Shown here piece by piece: positions 1-15,852 of a stretch of DNA of 64,000 bases; within the stretch, counting starts at the first letter, position 1, and every line of letters starts with the position of its first letter. The stretch lies in assembly GCF_009914755.1 (NCBI RefSeq), contig NC_060930.1. One strand, written 5' to 3'. The stretch is from the human T2T-CHM13v2.0 reference genome, Homo sapiens. The notes under the pieces are model-generated. The model did no database searches. It worked only from the letters and a program-made list of their open reading frames with translations, and was not told the origin of the DNA. Position numbers and translations under genes: made by a program.

Positions 1-68
1 GCTGTTTGTGTTTGTCTACAGCTCAATTTATATTTGAAGTTGCTTAGGAAAAATGACACTGACTTTAC

Positions 69-189
69 TTGATACTTCATTGCACGAGGATCACAGAAGC
101 CACATGCATTTGTCTTTGTGCAGCTCCAGGAACACAGCAGTGGACTGTGAGAAGAGCTGGTATTTCTCATACTCCTTCAAATTGTGTAT
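69..189 (-). pseudogene. Pseudo-exon (121 nt)
   Basis: gtatgttttag ... caa|gtaaag. Reads IHNLKEYEKYQLFSQSTAVFLELHKDKCMWLL*SSCNEVS. Confidence 0.45.
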
Positions 190-263
190 CTAAAACATAC
201 ACATTACTCATCACTTCAAAAATTCTCATGCAAAAAATAAATGAGATATATATAGATATATAG

Positions 264-570
<307 letters not shown>

Positions 571-577
571 ACTTACT

Positions 578-1573
578 TACATGTATATAAATGTGTGTAC
601 ACATATATACATATATGTACATATATACGCACATACGCATATATATGTACATATATACACACATACGCATATATGTACATATATACACACATACGCATAT
701 ATGTACATATATACACATATGCATATATGTACATATATACACACGCATATATGTACATATATACACACGCATATATGTACATATATACACACATATACGT
801 ATATGTGTGTATACACACATACATATGTGTATACACACATACATATGTGTATACACACATACGTATATACGTATGTACACATATACATATATACGTATAT
901 ATACACATATACACCTATATACACACATATACATATATGTACATATACGCACATATACATATATGTGTACATATATACACATACATATATGCACATATAT
1001 ACACACATGTACACTATATACACACATGTACACCTATGCACATATATACACACATGCACACACGTACACACACGCACACATATGTACACACATGTACACA
1101 TGTGTACACATATGCCCATATGCACATGCATGTACACGTGTGCGCATGTGCATATATACACGTATATGCGCATATGTACATATATGTACGTATATGCGCA
1201 CATGTGCATATATGTACGTATATGCGCATATGTATATATGTGTATATACGTGTATATACCACGTATATACACATATACATATATACAGATATGTACATAT
1301 ACACATGTATATACACATATATGTACATATATACACGTATATACACATATATGTACATATATACACATACACATATATGTACATGTATACGCGCATATAC
1401 TTATATGTTGATATATACACGCATATACATATATGTGCATATATACACGCATATACATATATGTACATATATACACGCATATACATATATGTGCATATAT
1501 ACACGCATATACATATATGTAGATATATACACGCATATACATATATGTACATATATACACACACATATATATA
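578..1573. repeat. ~1 kb alternating purine-pyrimidine (TA/CA/TG) minisatellite with 24-28 bp higher-order units
   Basis: Direct inspection, e.g. the unit atatatacacgcatatacatatatgtgc at 1411-1560. Confidence 0.97.
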
Positions 1574-1771
1574 GGTCTTTATAGTCAACAATTTCTAGTA
1601 ACAAGAATATTAAAGAGAAATGGAAAGTTTAGGCTATTTGATATTCAGTATAACCAGATGAGAATGAACTGCTGTGTTACTGTTTAAACTAATTTTGGCT
1701 AGAACAAGTAAAGCCTTACTCTTTCTAGAGCATAATGCATTTAACGATATTGAATTTCTTTTTTAATTTAC

Positions 1772-2304
1772 CTCAAGTACTTTCTTTTGTCCAAGGACTT
1801 ATGCTTCAGACAGTCAGGAGTCATACACAGCACAGAACATTGTTGTGGGAGGTTCAGATAATTAGTAGAGTATACATTTGCAATTTGTTCAAATACTGTA
1901 CTTGAATTATGCTAGCCACACATCAGAAAGTTCCCAAATAAGCCCCCAAATAAATCATAATAAAACAAAATATATAATATTCTTTCTTGTAAAACGTTAG
2001 TTTGGAGAAAGTTTTCAGCTGAGAATCACCTTTCACTTTTACGTTGGAAAATAAATTAGAATAATGCTAGAATAATGCCAACGATTTCCCATGGAGAAAC
2101 TTAAGAGTGAGTTAATTGTTGTATTTCTCCGAGTGTATGGCTGTTACTATTAACAGATGTCTTCATCTTAACATTTTGTCTCATTCAGCCTAAAACTGGG
2201 TTAATTCTGTTTTCATTGTGAATGATTTTAAACATATTCATAAAAACAAAACTCAAGAAATTCTCTGGCATCGTCTCTCATGGGCTTGGATCCTTCTTTT
2301 GTCC
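1772..2304 (-). pseudogene. Pseudo-exon with RGS-like domain
   Basis: Acceptor tgatacag, donor gag|gtaaat. Reads GTKEGSKPMRDDAREFLEFCFYEYV*...; later STVFEQIA/KCILY*LSEPPTTM (cf. RGS22 DLFDTAEEYILLLLLEPWTKM). Phase-0 end matches the next exon. Confidence 0.55.
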
Positions 2305-2457
2305 CTGTATCAGATGCTTTTTGGTGAGCATTATCAGAGATGCACATTTGGTTTATGACACCCATGTCAGTGTAAATGGTGCATTTCTTATATCTGGTAG
2401 ATATGGAGAGACAAATTTGTTTCCATTGTTACTCACTTTATTCTACAGCCCCTGTCA

Positions 2458-2877
<420 letters not shown>

Positions 2878-2948
2878 TTATGCAACAATGTTTATTAGGG
2901 ATATCAAAGTATTTCTTATTAATAATCCACAAAATTTTCAAGACATAC

Positions 2949-3109
2949 CTATAGCTGAAGTAACAAATACTGATTTTTGTTTCTTTGAAGTTTTGTTGGG
3001 GGTTTTAGCCCTTAGCCTGATGCTATCCAGTGAGGGACATTATTTAGCAGCTGCATGATTTATTGCTGGTTGCATTTGGAAATGTTATTGATTGCCATTG
3101 TCACATGAT
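2949..3109 (-). pseudogene. Linker pseudo-exon
   Basis: Consensus donor tag|gtatgt. Reads SLDSIRLRAKTPNKTSKKQKSVFVTSAI(G); the phase-1 end matches the next exon. Confidence 0.4.
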
Positions 3110-3701
3110 CTGTATTAGGAAGCCATGGTCCATTCTGAACTGTGTATATAAATATTGTTGATTGATTTCCAACTATAGTAATGGATTATATGGCTGCCTC
3201 TATTTGCAGCCCACCTTAGACACACAATTTCTTGCTTATAAGCCCTTAAAGGTAATTATGTCTGCTTAAGTACTTCGTCTTTCAGGGGTTATAATCTCCC
3301 AGCAGCCTTGCCACTTACTAGGCATCAGTTAAGTTCTTAAAATATCTCTTGTGTTTTTTCTAGTAGCAGTTGTCTGAGCTTCACCTGGCCATCCTGGAGG
3401 TATTTCCATATCCTTATTCTCATTTGCTTCATCCCATACAGCTGTATGTACAGGGAATCGTTTTCATGACAGGGAACTGGCAACAGTCACAGAACTCATT
3501 GCCAGATAGTTTTTTGCCACTTGGCTCCTCATAGTGACCATTTCAAAAGCTGGATATGACATTTATGATAGCTTTAAGTGTCACTATCATCTGGAAAGCT
3601 GAACACATACCTCTGGAGCTTGATACTTTACTGACTCAAGATTAAACTTTGTCAGTTTGTCAGTTTAATCTTGGCCTCCTTGATTCAGGAAACCAAAGTA
3701 C

Positions 3702-3896
3702 CTATCATCAAATAATGCACTATGTATTTTAGCTCCACAGAGTAGATGACATGTCATGATTGTGGGTAGGGCTAAGTGACAGAGGCTTGTCTGAAATCTG
3801 GTCTGTAGATAAGTACTCATTCCACAGTTAGCAAGTTTCTTCCTACATGGAAACTTCCGGAAGAACAGCAATTCGCAGAATCATTTGAGAAATTAA
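3702..3896 (-). pseudogene. RGS-like remnant
   Basis: EETC*LWNEYLSTDQISDKPLSLSPTH..., then after a frameshift GAKIHSALFDD. Donor tag|gtactt; acceptor uncertain. Confidence 0.4.
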
Positions 3897-5399
3897 CTAA
3901 CTTTAGCTACCATCATAATGTGGATGATATCTTGGGGTAATGAATCTTGTTACATGTGTGGAAAAATATTCTAACACAATCTATGTCTAATTTTTATAAC
4001 TATGAACAAGAATATGTAGAATAGATTGCTTTAACTGTTGCCGAAAGCATGTACTCTGATGCTTCATTTAGGGGGGCCCAGCTATGAAAAAATGAAAAAA
4101 ATGAGATGCAGACCTCAGCCTACCTCCGGGGTTCAAGGTGCAGGTGCCCAAGCCCAAATTGCATATATGAAGATAACTTCAACATTCCAGAAAATAATTG
4201 GTGTTTGTTAGCCATAGCAAGCAGAGAGCCAAAAGGCAGTAGTTGGTTATCCAGGCAAATCTGCCATGAGGAAGCACAGCCCAGTCAGCAAACTAGGGGC
4301 AGGGGCAGGACTCCAACTTGAGTGGGAGGAGTGCTGGTAAGAAAAAAATCTAGAACAAGACTTAAAGGTCATTCTTAAATACTACCTGGCTTGTATGAGG
4401 CTTAGATTTGACTTGGAATAGCATAGATCCTGCAAGTATGAATAAGGTAGTCCCATTTCTAAGAAAGGGTGCAGAGGCAGGAAATGAAGGTAGCAAGAAT
4501 TCTGCCATTTTAGTCTTATTATCTTGCACTATAGTTTCATGTTTAAGCTGTATTCAAGTGGTCTAGAAAGTAGAGTGTTAATAATATGCAAACATATTTC
4601 CTTATAGTGTTAAACATAAAATTCAAATAATATAATTACTTTCTGGTGTTTATATTTGGTTTAATATATCTATATATGTTTAACACAAATAATTTTAATC
4701 ACAATCCCATCTTTCAGCATTAACTACAGCAAAAATAACTTTTGAAACTGGTGCTAATTGGATGTGTTCTTTTTATAAAAAGCAAATGTCTTCCTTTATT
4801 TACCTAAGCCTTCTCAATTTTTATAGATGAATGAATTTACTGACTATGCAACTGTCTCATTTTACCTCTTAAAATTTGTGCCTCTCCTCAGTACAGATAT
4901 GTTTGATGAGTGAGCTAATGAATAAATGGACCAACATCTAGCACAATTGTAAAACTTAGTATATGCCTAATAAATGAATTTAATAAATGAATGAATGTGA
5001 AATCATGGGTAGTAACAACATTGGCAATGGAAATTAATTTTTTGGAAAATTTAATTTCTGAAATAAATCAGGAACCTCTGATTATATGAGTCAGATACAC
5101 AGAGAAATGAAAAGGACACTACCTGACTTATTTATTTATTTATTTATTTTTTGCAAATCAAATGGCTTTACTCCAAGGAATTCTAGGCATTGTCACAAGC
5201 TGTAATTTGCCAACTGCATATGAGTCCTTAAAATACCTTCAAGTGAGGCTACAATAATTGTTCAAAAGTAGGTTTATAGAGTTAATCACTGCTGTGCTGT
5301 GAAAATACTACAATTTTGTTAGCACAGCAGTACATTTTGATAGGTATATGTAGCCACATTGTAAAATAGCTAATCTGTCACACTGTGACTCATGATTCT

Positions 5400-5890
<491 letters not shown>

Positions 5891-5989
5891 TATTAAGGAA
5901 ATAGGTATTTTAAACTAAATATATTAAGCCATAAACACTGATAGATAAATCATCTTACAACCCAGCTTTAAATCATAATGTGATATGAC

Positions 5990-6256
5990 ATTAATTTAAC
6001 AAATATTTGTTGAAGACCCATATGCCAGGCACTTTCTAGGAAAAAAAGAATTCTAGCAAAAGAGTATAGACAATAAACTAATAAGAAAATTGTCTAAAAT
6101 ATTAGAAAGTGGCAAATGCTCTTATAAAAGAGTAAGCAGGATCTGAGGGCTAGTGTGGGAGGAGTGGAAATGTAATCTTAGATAGGGGGTGGTTGAAAGT
6201 GAGTGCTCATGAAGGAGGTACATTTGAGTAAACAAGGTGGTGAAGAAACAAGCCAC
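5990..6256 (-). mobile_element. L2 fragment
   Basis: aacaaatatttgttgaagacccatatgccaggcactttctagg is the antisense L2 3' end. Confidence 0.6.
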
Positions 6257-6324
6257 TTTTGCGTAGAATACATTAATAATTATTCTTGTAAATTTCCTTC
6301 TGAACAGCCCTCATTTTCTATATG

Positions 6325-6837
6325 GATGATGTCATTCTCCTGCCAAAAACTCTTCAATGACCTCCTACAGCATTTGGCATAATATGTAAGCTCCTTAAGT
6401 TGTTCTATGACTACCTCCGTGATCTCACCTCAGCCTCAGTCTCTAGCCCCTTGCCTTTTTCTCTTGATTACTTTGCTTCAGCCATACTGGATTTATTTCA
6501 GTTACCTCATGAGTACCAATGGCTTTCCTACCTTTTGGCCTTCTCACAAGCATTTCTTTCCTCTGCTTGTAATCATTCCGCAGACTTTTACCTGACCAAC
6601 TTCCCAACTAGCTGACTACTCTACTTTGCCCTGTTCTTACATTCTCATTGCACAATATGTTTGCCTTCCCATCCTTTATTACAATCATAAGTAAATAACA
6701 TGTAATCATTTTCTTAGTTTCAATTTTTCTGATTTTAAGCTCCTTGATGATAGGGATGTTGTGAGATGTCTGCCTTGTTCATCAGTGTCTCCAATACCTA
6801 CTACATGGTAGATGCTCGGTATCTATTGAATGACTAA
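6325..6837 (+). mobile_element. L2 3' fragment
   Basis: Typical L2 3' sequence ending catggtagatgctcggtatctattgaatga. Confidence 0.65.
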
Positions 6838-7084
6838 ACCATGCTTCAAAAGGGGTGAGATTTATGTAGCTGGGCTAAGAAAAGAGAATGTACCCAAGGT
6901 TAGGGTGGGAAAATAAAAGTGAAAAGTATTTTTTCCCTGACTGAACTTAATATTTCAACAAATTAAATGGCCAAGACTGAAAGACCTTTAAGGTCTTTAG
7001 GCAGTTCTTTTAGGTGTATTCTTTTCATGAATCCATATATAGCTGGCAATGAGTCTCCGTAGGTAATGATTATAGACTAGGAAG

Positions 7085-7330
7085 TGTAGCTATTAGATGC
7101 TTCTCCAAACATTTTGGTTCTCTCTGCTACTAGGTATGTGGTAGAAATCCACTTCCCTACCCTCTTGAAGTTGGGGATGGTCATGTGACCTTGGATTATG
7201 AACTGTGAGTGGATATAGGATATGTTACTTTTGGGAAGAAGCTTTAAGAGTCACTACACAATTAGTGCCTTTCTCTTTGCCACAGTACCTGGCAATGCTT
7301 CAGGTGGTAGCTAGTCTGTTAGTGGGGCCC
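7085..7330 (+). mobile_element. MLT1I/J-like MaLR LTR fragment
   Basis: cttgaagttggggatggtcatgtgacc...gaagctttaagag motifs. Confidence 0.65.
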
Positions 7331-7349
7331 TGTTCCCTTCTTCACTGTT

Positions 7350-7620
7350 TTGCTTTTTGCCTGTCTCTGCCTTATCTCAGGCTTCTACCATTTCTGTCCT
7401 GGATAGCCTCTTAACTTATGTCCCTGTTTTCACTTTCACTCCCCTCTGGTACATCTACTGCACTGTGGCCAAAGTGGATTCTCTAAAAGAGGCTCTGATC
7501 ACACTCTTCTTCTGTTTAAAACTCTCCAGGAAATTCTCATTAACTTCAGGAATAAGTCTACACCTTCAGCAGAATGTATTCAAGCAGGACTTTTGAGACC
7601 CTCAGCCACTGCCCCTGTCC
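7350..7620 (+). mobile_element. L2 fragment
   Basis: ctgatcacactcttcttctgtttaaaactctccag L2 motif. Confidence 0.55.
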
Positions 7621-8913
7621 CATCACAAGCTAGTCGGATGTCCATCCCCCATAAACCCATATCTTACACTTCTATATTAGTACTTTTCACAATATCTCAC
7701 AGCAACCCCTGTCAGCTCTCTGGCAGCAGAACACTGGGCTGCAAGGATCTTAGTGCCACTCTGTGGTGGCACCCCCTCAGCCCTGCAAATCTTTTTTACT
7801 CACAACTGACCAGGCAAGTAAAAAGAGACCATACAGCATGCTTGTTATTGAAATCACCAGGTATACATTTCTGATCTCTGATTCATTTTCTTTTTCCCCT
7901 TTTTGTCTTAAGATAAAAGATTTGTATCTTTTATTTGTATTGAACATATTCAGTCTTGAAATGTGTTCATCTCTGATATGCATGTGTCCTCTATATTAAT
8001 TACAAGTCCCTTTTCCTAATTTTTTTATATCACTGGATGTTGTCTTCCTCTTAGGATTTATTACTATGGGAGCCTGAACAAAATAAAAATTTAAATATAG
8101 ACTATTCTATTCGAAGTATCTTAACTACATTTAAGTCCTATTGGGTTTATTTAAAAAAAAAAAAAAAAACAGGAGAATATTAACCAGTGTCAACTAGCAC
8201 TGTCAAAGGGTCAGAAACTGAAGGCCCTCAAACCATGCTCAGAGGGACCAAATTTCCATGTGGTCCTATTCAAGTAAAATAAATTATTGACTTAAATGTA
8301 CTTGAATATCACCAAAGCTTAGAAACTACATTAAAACTAAGTATTTTTACACTACAGAAAAATAGAGAAATAAGCTAATGATCAAGTTTGAAATACCAGG
8401 ACCTCATGAATAGAAAGATTGGGTAAGAATAAAGGACTGTAAAGCCAAAGGCTGTTAAGTGTTTATCTAGTGCAGTACATCCTCTTGCCTTCTGGCAACA
8501 ATCCATTTAAGCCATCCTATAATAGGGAGAATCTCTTCTTTTTGTGAAGACGTGAGAAATAAATTCCATAAGCTCTCTTGATTGTTCATTCCACTGGGAT
8601 ACCTTGGTGATCCCAGACTGTTTCAACATCTTAACTGCCTTTTAATTTCCTTATTATCTTTGATTTGGACTGCCTTTAAAATATTTAATTTTGGTAATTT
8701 GGCTCAATTATTTTTATATCACAGTTATTATTTGTCAAGGGTAAATTTTAGCTTACATATATTTAGGTGGGCTTATATTTTGTCCTGCAGGAAAAAGTGA
8801 TGTAAGAATTAGGCATATATAAAAGAATGTTATATCTTTACCTAATTTTAAAATTGCAAATCACATTTAAAATTTTGGTGGCTCAAACTAAAGATTAAAA
8901 AAAAAAACAATTT

Positions 8914-9240
<327 letters not shown>

Positions 9241-10094
9241 TTAAAAGGAAAAGATTATTTTAAGCTTTTAAGCTTAAAATTTATTTTACAAAACATAATA
9301 TTAATTTAGCTCAATTTAGCCATTCATAATGTATACATATTTCAAAACATCATGATAAATGAATGCAAATTTTTGTCAATTAAAAACCCGTTAATTAAAA
9401 AACTAAACATATTAATATTAAATGAATGTTTAGTTTTAAATATGTGAAAAATGTTGAGAATAACATACTTGTAGTTTCTTTTAAAAACTACCACCACAAC
9501 AACAAAAGATGAAAAGGCCATTTTCCTATTTATATCACGGGCTACAAATAAACTATTTTATTTTATTCAATAAATTTCAAACCTCTCTTGCTTAGGTTAC
9601 TTGCCAGGGAGCCTGAAGTTTTCATTATCTGAATTTCACCTTGGAATTAGAGGGAAGAAATTGGATAGTGTTGTCTTCTGAAGGCACTATTCAGATGAAT
9701 CCACAAGAACTCAGAAGAAGAGAGGGAATGCACTGAAGAAACTCATTTACCCTTGTCCATTACCAAATATTTATTTTTTTTAAGGAGCTATCAACACAAA
9801 AGACACAGACACCCTGGCTGTGAATGAATGAGGTAATGTGCAGTTAACTTTTAGTAAATTTTTTTTTTAAAAAAAGAAGAAATGAACAGAAACACAGTGT
9901 TTGGTTTGTGGGATAAGAACTCAGAGAACCTCCTATTAGGATTACTGAAGTGAAGAGTATAAGGGAAGGATTGGAACTACTGGGAGGCCAGGTAAAATTT
10001 GGTAGCCATGATAGGCTAAAAAGCTGACTACATCTGCTCTTCTACAATTTTACCTAAGGCTGGGGCTTCAATATTTATTCAATTTTGTCATTTT

Positions 10095-10222
10095 TTCATT
10101 AGTTCAGTATTTCATTCACTACTGATTTGATGAGCACCTACTTTTTAACCAAACACTATCCCGAACACTGGATGACGAAGGTGAAAAGGACAGAGACCCT
10201 GCCCTGGGAGGAGTCAGAGTTG
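10095..10222 (-). mobile_element. L2 3' fragment
   Basis: ttcattc...tgagcacctact...ccctgccct. Confidence 0.5.
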
Positions 10223-10723
10223 ATGCAGGTCCAAACGCTAGTGTTTACAAGACTCACGTAGTGGTTTTGCTTCAATAGGAGATTCCTGGATCCCATCCAC
10301 AGAGCCTGGGATTCAGGAAGCATGGAGGTACTGAGGTGAGTGTAGCAATGATCTTCTAAGTGTGCACTGATTTGTTTCTTGGCCTGGTGTTTTATGTGCT
10401 CTAAATTCAGACTGATCTCCTTCAGTTCATTAGTAGGAATAAAGTGTGTCTTGACAGAAGAAAGGAATGAATCAGTAAGGAAAGTATAAAGATAGAGAAA
10501 AAATTATCAGGAAGTGAGAACGAGGCGGGAGGAAAACGAAAATGAATGTGAAATGACTTAATGGGACCCCCAAAAAGACAAGACTGGGCAGTATTGGAGT
10601 GACACACAGATATGAAGCTCTTTCCACACCTGAAGGATCCTGACGTTTGAAGAAGTGGAATTCCACACTTCACAGGATGGGCAGCAGTTACAGTCCCTAA
10701 CTGTGAGGCAAGCCAGCTTGTTA

Positions 10724-11026
<303 letters not shown>

Positions 11027-12106
11027 TCACAGATCCAGGGACCACCACCATTTGAATAACTCATGTCAGGTGCAGTCATGCAGTATTAAAGATTTTCCAG
11101 TGAAATTAACCAGGCCATGGGGACTAACTGCCACACTCACTCCCACCAAGAGCTGCCCTCTGCCTGTCCATTTTCGCCACTCACCATCCTCTTCTGCCCT
11201 CTCACCTGCTCCATCCTTCCAGCTGGCCATCCTACTCAACGTGGCTTCTGATTCCCGGTTGCTTGGATTGGAGTTGGATTTCCCCTGATATAGTACTGCC
11301 AAGAGGCCCCTGACCTCTGTGTCTCTGGGCACAGCCCTGGAACCCCCATCAGTGAACTGCACTCTGACAATTTGGAGCCCAGCTTTCAGCCTTAAGGGAC
11401 TGGACTGGATATTCCCTGGTAAGGACAGCTGTAGTCCCTGGGAAGGGAAGGAAAGAGGCAAATACAGGGTTCTTACAGACCCAGGACTGCCCCTGCCCCA
11501 CCCACAAAACCCTTGTATGCACTCCTTCCTCCAAAATAAAAATAATAACAGCACTTTTCAGACTTTCCAGACTACCCGGTTTGGTAATAAGGCAGAGAAA
11601 TGGAGTCTGCTCCTGGTCCCCTGCCTGACTGGTGATGCCACCTGGACTACAGGTGTTGGTGGGAGAATAATGAAGGATCCCTTCCTTCGCTCATTGAGAA
11701 GGGAAGCCAATCTGGTCAAACAACATGAACAGGGAATCTGGATGCTTCTGCTGGTTCAGTGGTTCTCGGACACTTGCCACTATTTATCTCTGGCTCCACC
11801 TGAGGGCTAGACTCTCCTGGAGGTGGTGACCATGGTTGCAGGTTTGTTTTCACTGAAACCACGTGGTGGGAGCCATGATGCTTATGTAGGAGACAGTGAT
11901 TCAGACCACTTTCCTCAGAAGTGTGCTGAGTCCATAGGATTTTGACAACAATATGCACGCCTCTTGAAGCCCAACAGGAATATAAGGTTGACTTATCCTG
12001 TCTTATTATTTGGAGTGACTTGGTCTGTTCTTTGAAACAGATGTGTTCTCTGAATTCTCTCCTTATAAATAAAAAAGGAATGTTAGCTTGGAGGAGAGGA
12101 ATATAT

Positions 12107-12476
12107 AAATACTATGCAGCCATAAAAAAGGATGAGTTCATGTCCTTTGCAGGGACATGGATGAAGCTGGAAACCATCATTCTCAGCAAACTAACACAAG
12201 AAGAGAAAACAAAACACCACATGTTCTCACTCATAAGTGGGAGTTGAAACAATGAGAACACATGGACACAGGGAGGGGAATATCACACGCCAGAGCCTGT
12301 TGTGGGGGTTGGGGGGCGGGGGGAGGGATAGCATTAGGAGGAATACCTAATGTAGATGACAGGTTGATGGGTGTAGCAAACCACCATGGCACATGTATAC
12401 CTGTGTAACAAACCTGCACATTCTGCATGTGTACCCCAGAACTTAAAGTATAATAATTTAAAAACATTTTTAAAAA
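12107..12476 (+). mobile_element. L1PA7-like 3' end
   Basis: ORF2 C-terminus (FAGTWMKLETIILSKL) plus 3'UTR. Confidence 0.9.
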
Positions 12477-13286
12477 GAACTAACAATGAGACTTACAAGA
12501 ATTGAGTGATAATTTCTTAGGTCAAGAGAAAAAAAATCAGAAATTAGGTAGAGTTGAAAACACAATGTGGAAGGGTATTTATGGTTAAGCGTTTGCTAAA
12601 CACATTTTAACAACTTAAACTGAGAACTCAAAATTGGCATCTGATTGACTAAAAGTCCAAAACTATGTTTTAATATATTATAAATACTAGATTATACAGG
12701 CATAAACAGCAGACCCTTATCTAGCTTGGAGTTACATTACTTTTACTGTTTAAGCCGTAATGATTGGCGATTCCCACTTGCCCAGACTATTTAAATCTGG
12801 CATCTCCTTTCTAAGATTTCTCTCCTCAAGTATTCCTGGGAATCCTTAGAGAATGCTACCACATCCTTCTAACCCATCCTGGTGGCCACTCTGCCCTACA
12901 GAACTCTCCAAGTCACCTTTGGCCATTTCTAAGTGAAAACTGACACTGTTCACAACACACTGCTTTGTTCCCAGTATAGACATATCCTTTCTCTTAAACT
13001 TTCCAAATCTCAGCAAAGTGAGGGATAATGATGCTTTACTGTTTGGGAGACAAACTCTGGTACCTCAGTGATTTACCATGGACATTAGAATCTAGTGTTG
13101 GGGTTGTAGCCTAGCTCTGTGCAGATTCCTGGGTGTCTAGACGCCAGTACACTACTCCAGCCAAGGAGAAATTTCCATGTTCCTTCACTTCAAGACCCCT
13201 ATTCTTTGGTCCTATATTTCAGAAATGCCCCAAGGACCAGGCCCACCAATTCTTGCCCCACCTAGACTGATATTGAAAATAGGCAC

Positions 13287-14013
13287 CTGTTCTTTTAGCA
13301 GAAGAAGCCAGGCGTGGGTTGACTGTCAAGGGTTAGATGATGCAATCATAGTGGGTGAAAATGTACTTCCCAAGTTTTTGGATAATTCAATCTTAATATG
13401 GAGGCCACTGACATTCTGTTTGTATCCATATTTTGGGAAAACAGTTGTCTAACTCTACAAGTCAATAGTCTGCCTAAAAATGCAGCCATTTATATTACTA
13501 CATCCAAATTTGTGGAGACTTCACAATTTTCTCCAGAAACAATGATAGGTACTTTTATGTAATTAAAAGTTCCATCCTGGTGAATTTCCCAAAACAAAGG
13601 GAATTTGTTCTAAAACTTAACTGATATTTCCAACTCTGGGAACTGAAACATTCAGCAACCACAAATTGTTGTTCCTTTTCTAAAAGTAATTTTTAAAAGT
13701 AATCTTAAATTCTTCCCAAAAACCCACACGAAGTTATAGTTAATATTCACAATGAATTCAGGTTAATATGGGGAAACATAGAACAAAGATGAGATATTCA
13801 CATGCATTTATTTTTAAAAGATATAATTCAGAGAAATACATTGGCATTTCCAAGTGTCTATCTTTTTTTTTTCTGGAGAAAAGTTCTAGTGTAGGCCCTC
13901 TTTCTATTTTCATAACAGCATTGACACACATTTCTTCAAACAGAATTATGTTCTAATTCAAATAATTTATGAAAATATACATCTTCAACTACAGAAGTGA
14001 TTGCAGCAATTAG
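13287..14013 (-). pseudogene. Large pseudo-exon (linker plus RGS22-like domain)
   Basis: Acceptor tttcatttctag, donor cag|gtgcct. TSVVEDVYFHKLFEL (cf. TRQLDSTYFRKLQAL); FKNYF*KRNNNLW (cf. FTKFCEHSGNKLW); KYQLSFRTNSLCFGKFTRMELLIT*KYL (cf. AYHQLFYQETLQPFKVCKQAQYLFATYV). Several frameshifts. Confidence 0.65.
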
Positions 14014-14771
14014 CTAGAAATGAAATATATGAAAAATTAATAGTGATTTTATAACATTTTAAGTATGAAGGTTTTTTCCTTACACAAATAATACCTATTT
14101 ATTGTTTTCAAAAATTGTGAGATATAGGAAGGTATAAATAAGAAAAATACTTACCAATAATCCTACCATCCAAAGATAATCAGTTGTTACTTTGCTGTCT
14201 TTCCTTGGTGTATTTTTCTAATAATTAAAAAATAGTTGTGATTATATGCTATCCTAATTTTCCCATGTTATTTGAAATAAAAGTATTTTCCTATATCATT
14301 AAAAATGACTTACAAATATAATTTTGATGAAAAGAGTAACCTTGGCTTGTGATGACCTTTTTAATTCCTGAGATTAGTTATAAGGCATGCTTGTACAGGT
14401 CAATGACAAAACAAATAGTTTTGTCAGAATTGAAGTTCTGTTGCATTCCAATTTAACTTATCATATCATTATCAGAAGACTAGATTTTTCAGAAACTAGT
14501 TAAAAGCACAGAGCAAAACACATGGTTTGCCTCCAAACTGAGGTGGAACCCTTGGTTCAAGCTTTTATAGGCCAGTGAACATTCTCATTCGTCCTAGAAG
14601 AGCCTCTAATGATGGGAGAGCTAAGTGAGTCAATCATAACTACATTGGATTTTGCTATCTAGTTCCCCTAATGGATGTATACCAAAAGCCTTCTTTGATC
14701 TCCTTTTATGTACCAGACTTATTTTTAGATGTTGTAGAGTAGTAAACAATTAGAGTGGGCCCTGCCCTTGT

Positions 14772-15415
14772 GGCACGGCATGGGTGAAAGGTATGCTCCC
14801 TGTCCTCATTCATCATAAGGGTCACGATCAACACTCCTATAATAAAAGACAGGTTAACAAGAAAAAAGCATAGCAAATTTATTTAATTTAAGTTTTATGT
14901 GACACAGGAGCCTCAGAAATGAAGACCTAAAGGCCCAGGGAAAACTGTTGTAGGTTCAATGAAGAATGGAGAGCCATGTACGAATGTGATTGGATAAAGG
15001 ATATGATCTAATGATAATAGACTGGTGGGAGAAACATAGCAAGGCCTTTCTGTACAGATTTCCTTGGTCTGTCTGTGTAGCATTCCTTCCTCTGAGGTAT
15101 GGACAACACCCCTCTGGAATGAAGATCTTCAAGGGAAAAGGGAGAGGGGAAAGACCTTTCTAGACTTTATGGCTTGCTTTGAGGGAGAGAGGTTCTAGTT
15201 TCTATGACTCAAGTCATAATCAAGTCTACTACTGAATTTGAAAGAGGAATTTTGGCTTCTATGACCTGTTTCTGGGGAAAACAAGGGGAAAGAGACAGGA
15301 GGGCAGGAGAAGGTCATAGAAAATTTTCTTCTGAGGCCTTTCAATCTCCTTCAGTTCAAAATACTCAGCATGCCAATGTGCCATACTTTGGGGTATCATG
15401 TTTTGAGCCCTGAGA
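14772..15415 (-). mobile_element. MER31-like ERV1 solo LTR
   Basis: Antisense start gggctcaaaacatgataccccaaagtatggcacattggcatgctgag. Confidence 0.75.
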
Positions 15416-15591
15416 GCACTAGCAAGCTGGCTGGAGCTTGTTAACTAAAATTTATTAGAAAGTTTCTGTGCAGTGTTAAATCATTGGAGTAAGTCTTCTT
15501 AATCATTAAGCATGTAAGATAGTGGTACAGATTAGAAAGCAATATTATAATTCTTCAAAATAAAACAAATGAAGAAACATCTATTTGATTA

Positions 15592-15648
15592 TCTGGCATA
15601 TTTCATTTCTCGAAACTTGCAAAATAAAAAATGCCATTTATAGATAGT
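15592..15648 (-). pseudogene. Pseudo-exon, C-terminal RGS helix
   Basis: Strong acceptor ttttttctttccctag, phase 0. Reads TIYKWHFLFCKFREMKYAR; donor decayed. Confidence 0.55.
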
Positions 15649-15852
15649 CTAGGGAAAGAAAAAACATGCAGTTATCCTATTAAGAGCAGATCATGAGTCT
15701 CAGGAGTCAATAAGTAATTTGTCAAAAGTATACTGCACAAAATGTATCCTTCATAGAGCTTATAATCAGAAGATTGTGTACTAGGCAATGAATTTTATAT
15801 CCAAAATAATCAAATAGATGGATTTCTTATAGCAAAAAAAGCTATCTATTTT

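Noticed and set aside
8603-8784. Minus-strand exon candidate after a strong acceptor (ctttttcctgcag)
   Set aside because: Phase-compatible with the 13.3k exon, but many stops and no clear motif, so not listed as a feature.
9785-9832. Plus-strand 48-nt exon-like segment (ttttttaag ... gag|gtaatg)
   Set aside because: Stops in all frames and no context; chance or a lncRNA exon, which cannot be supported from sequence alone.
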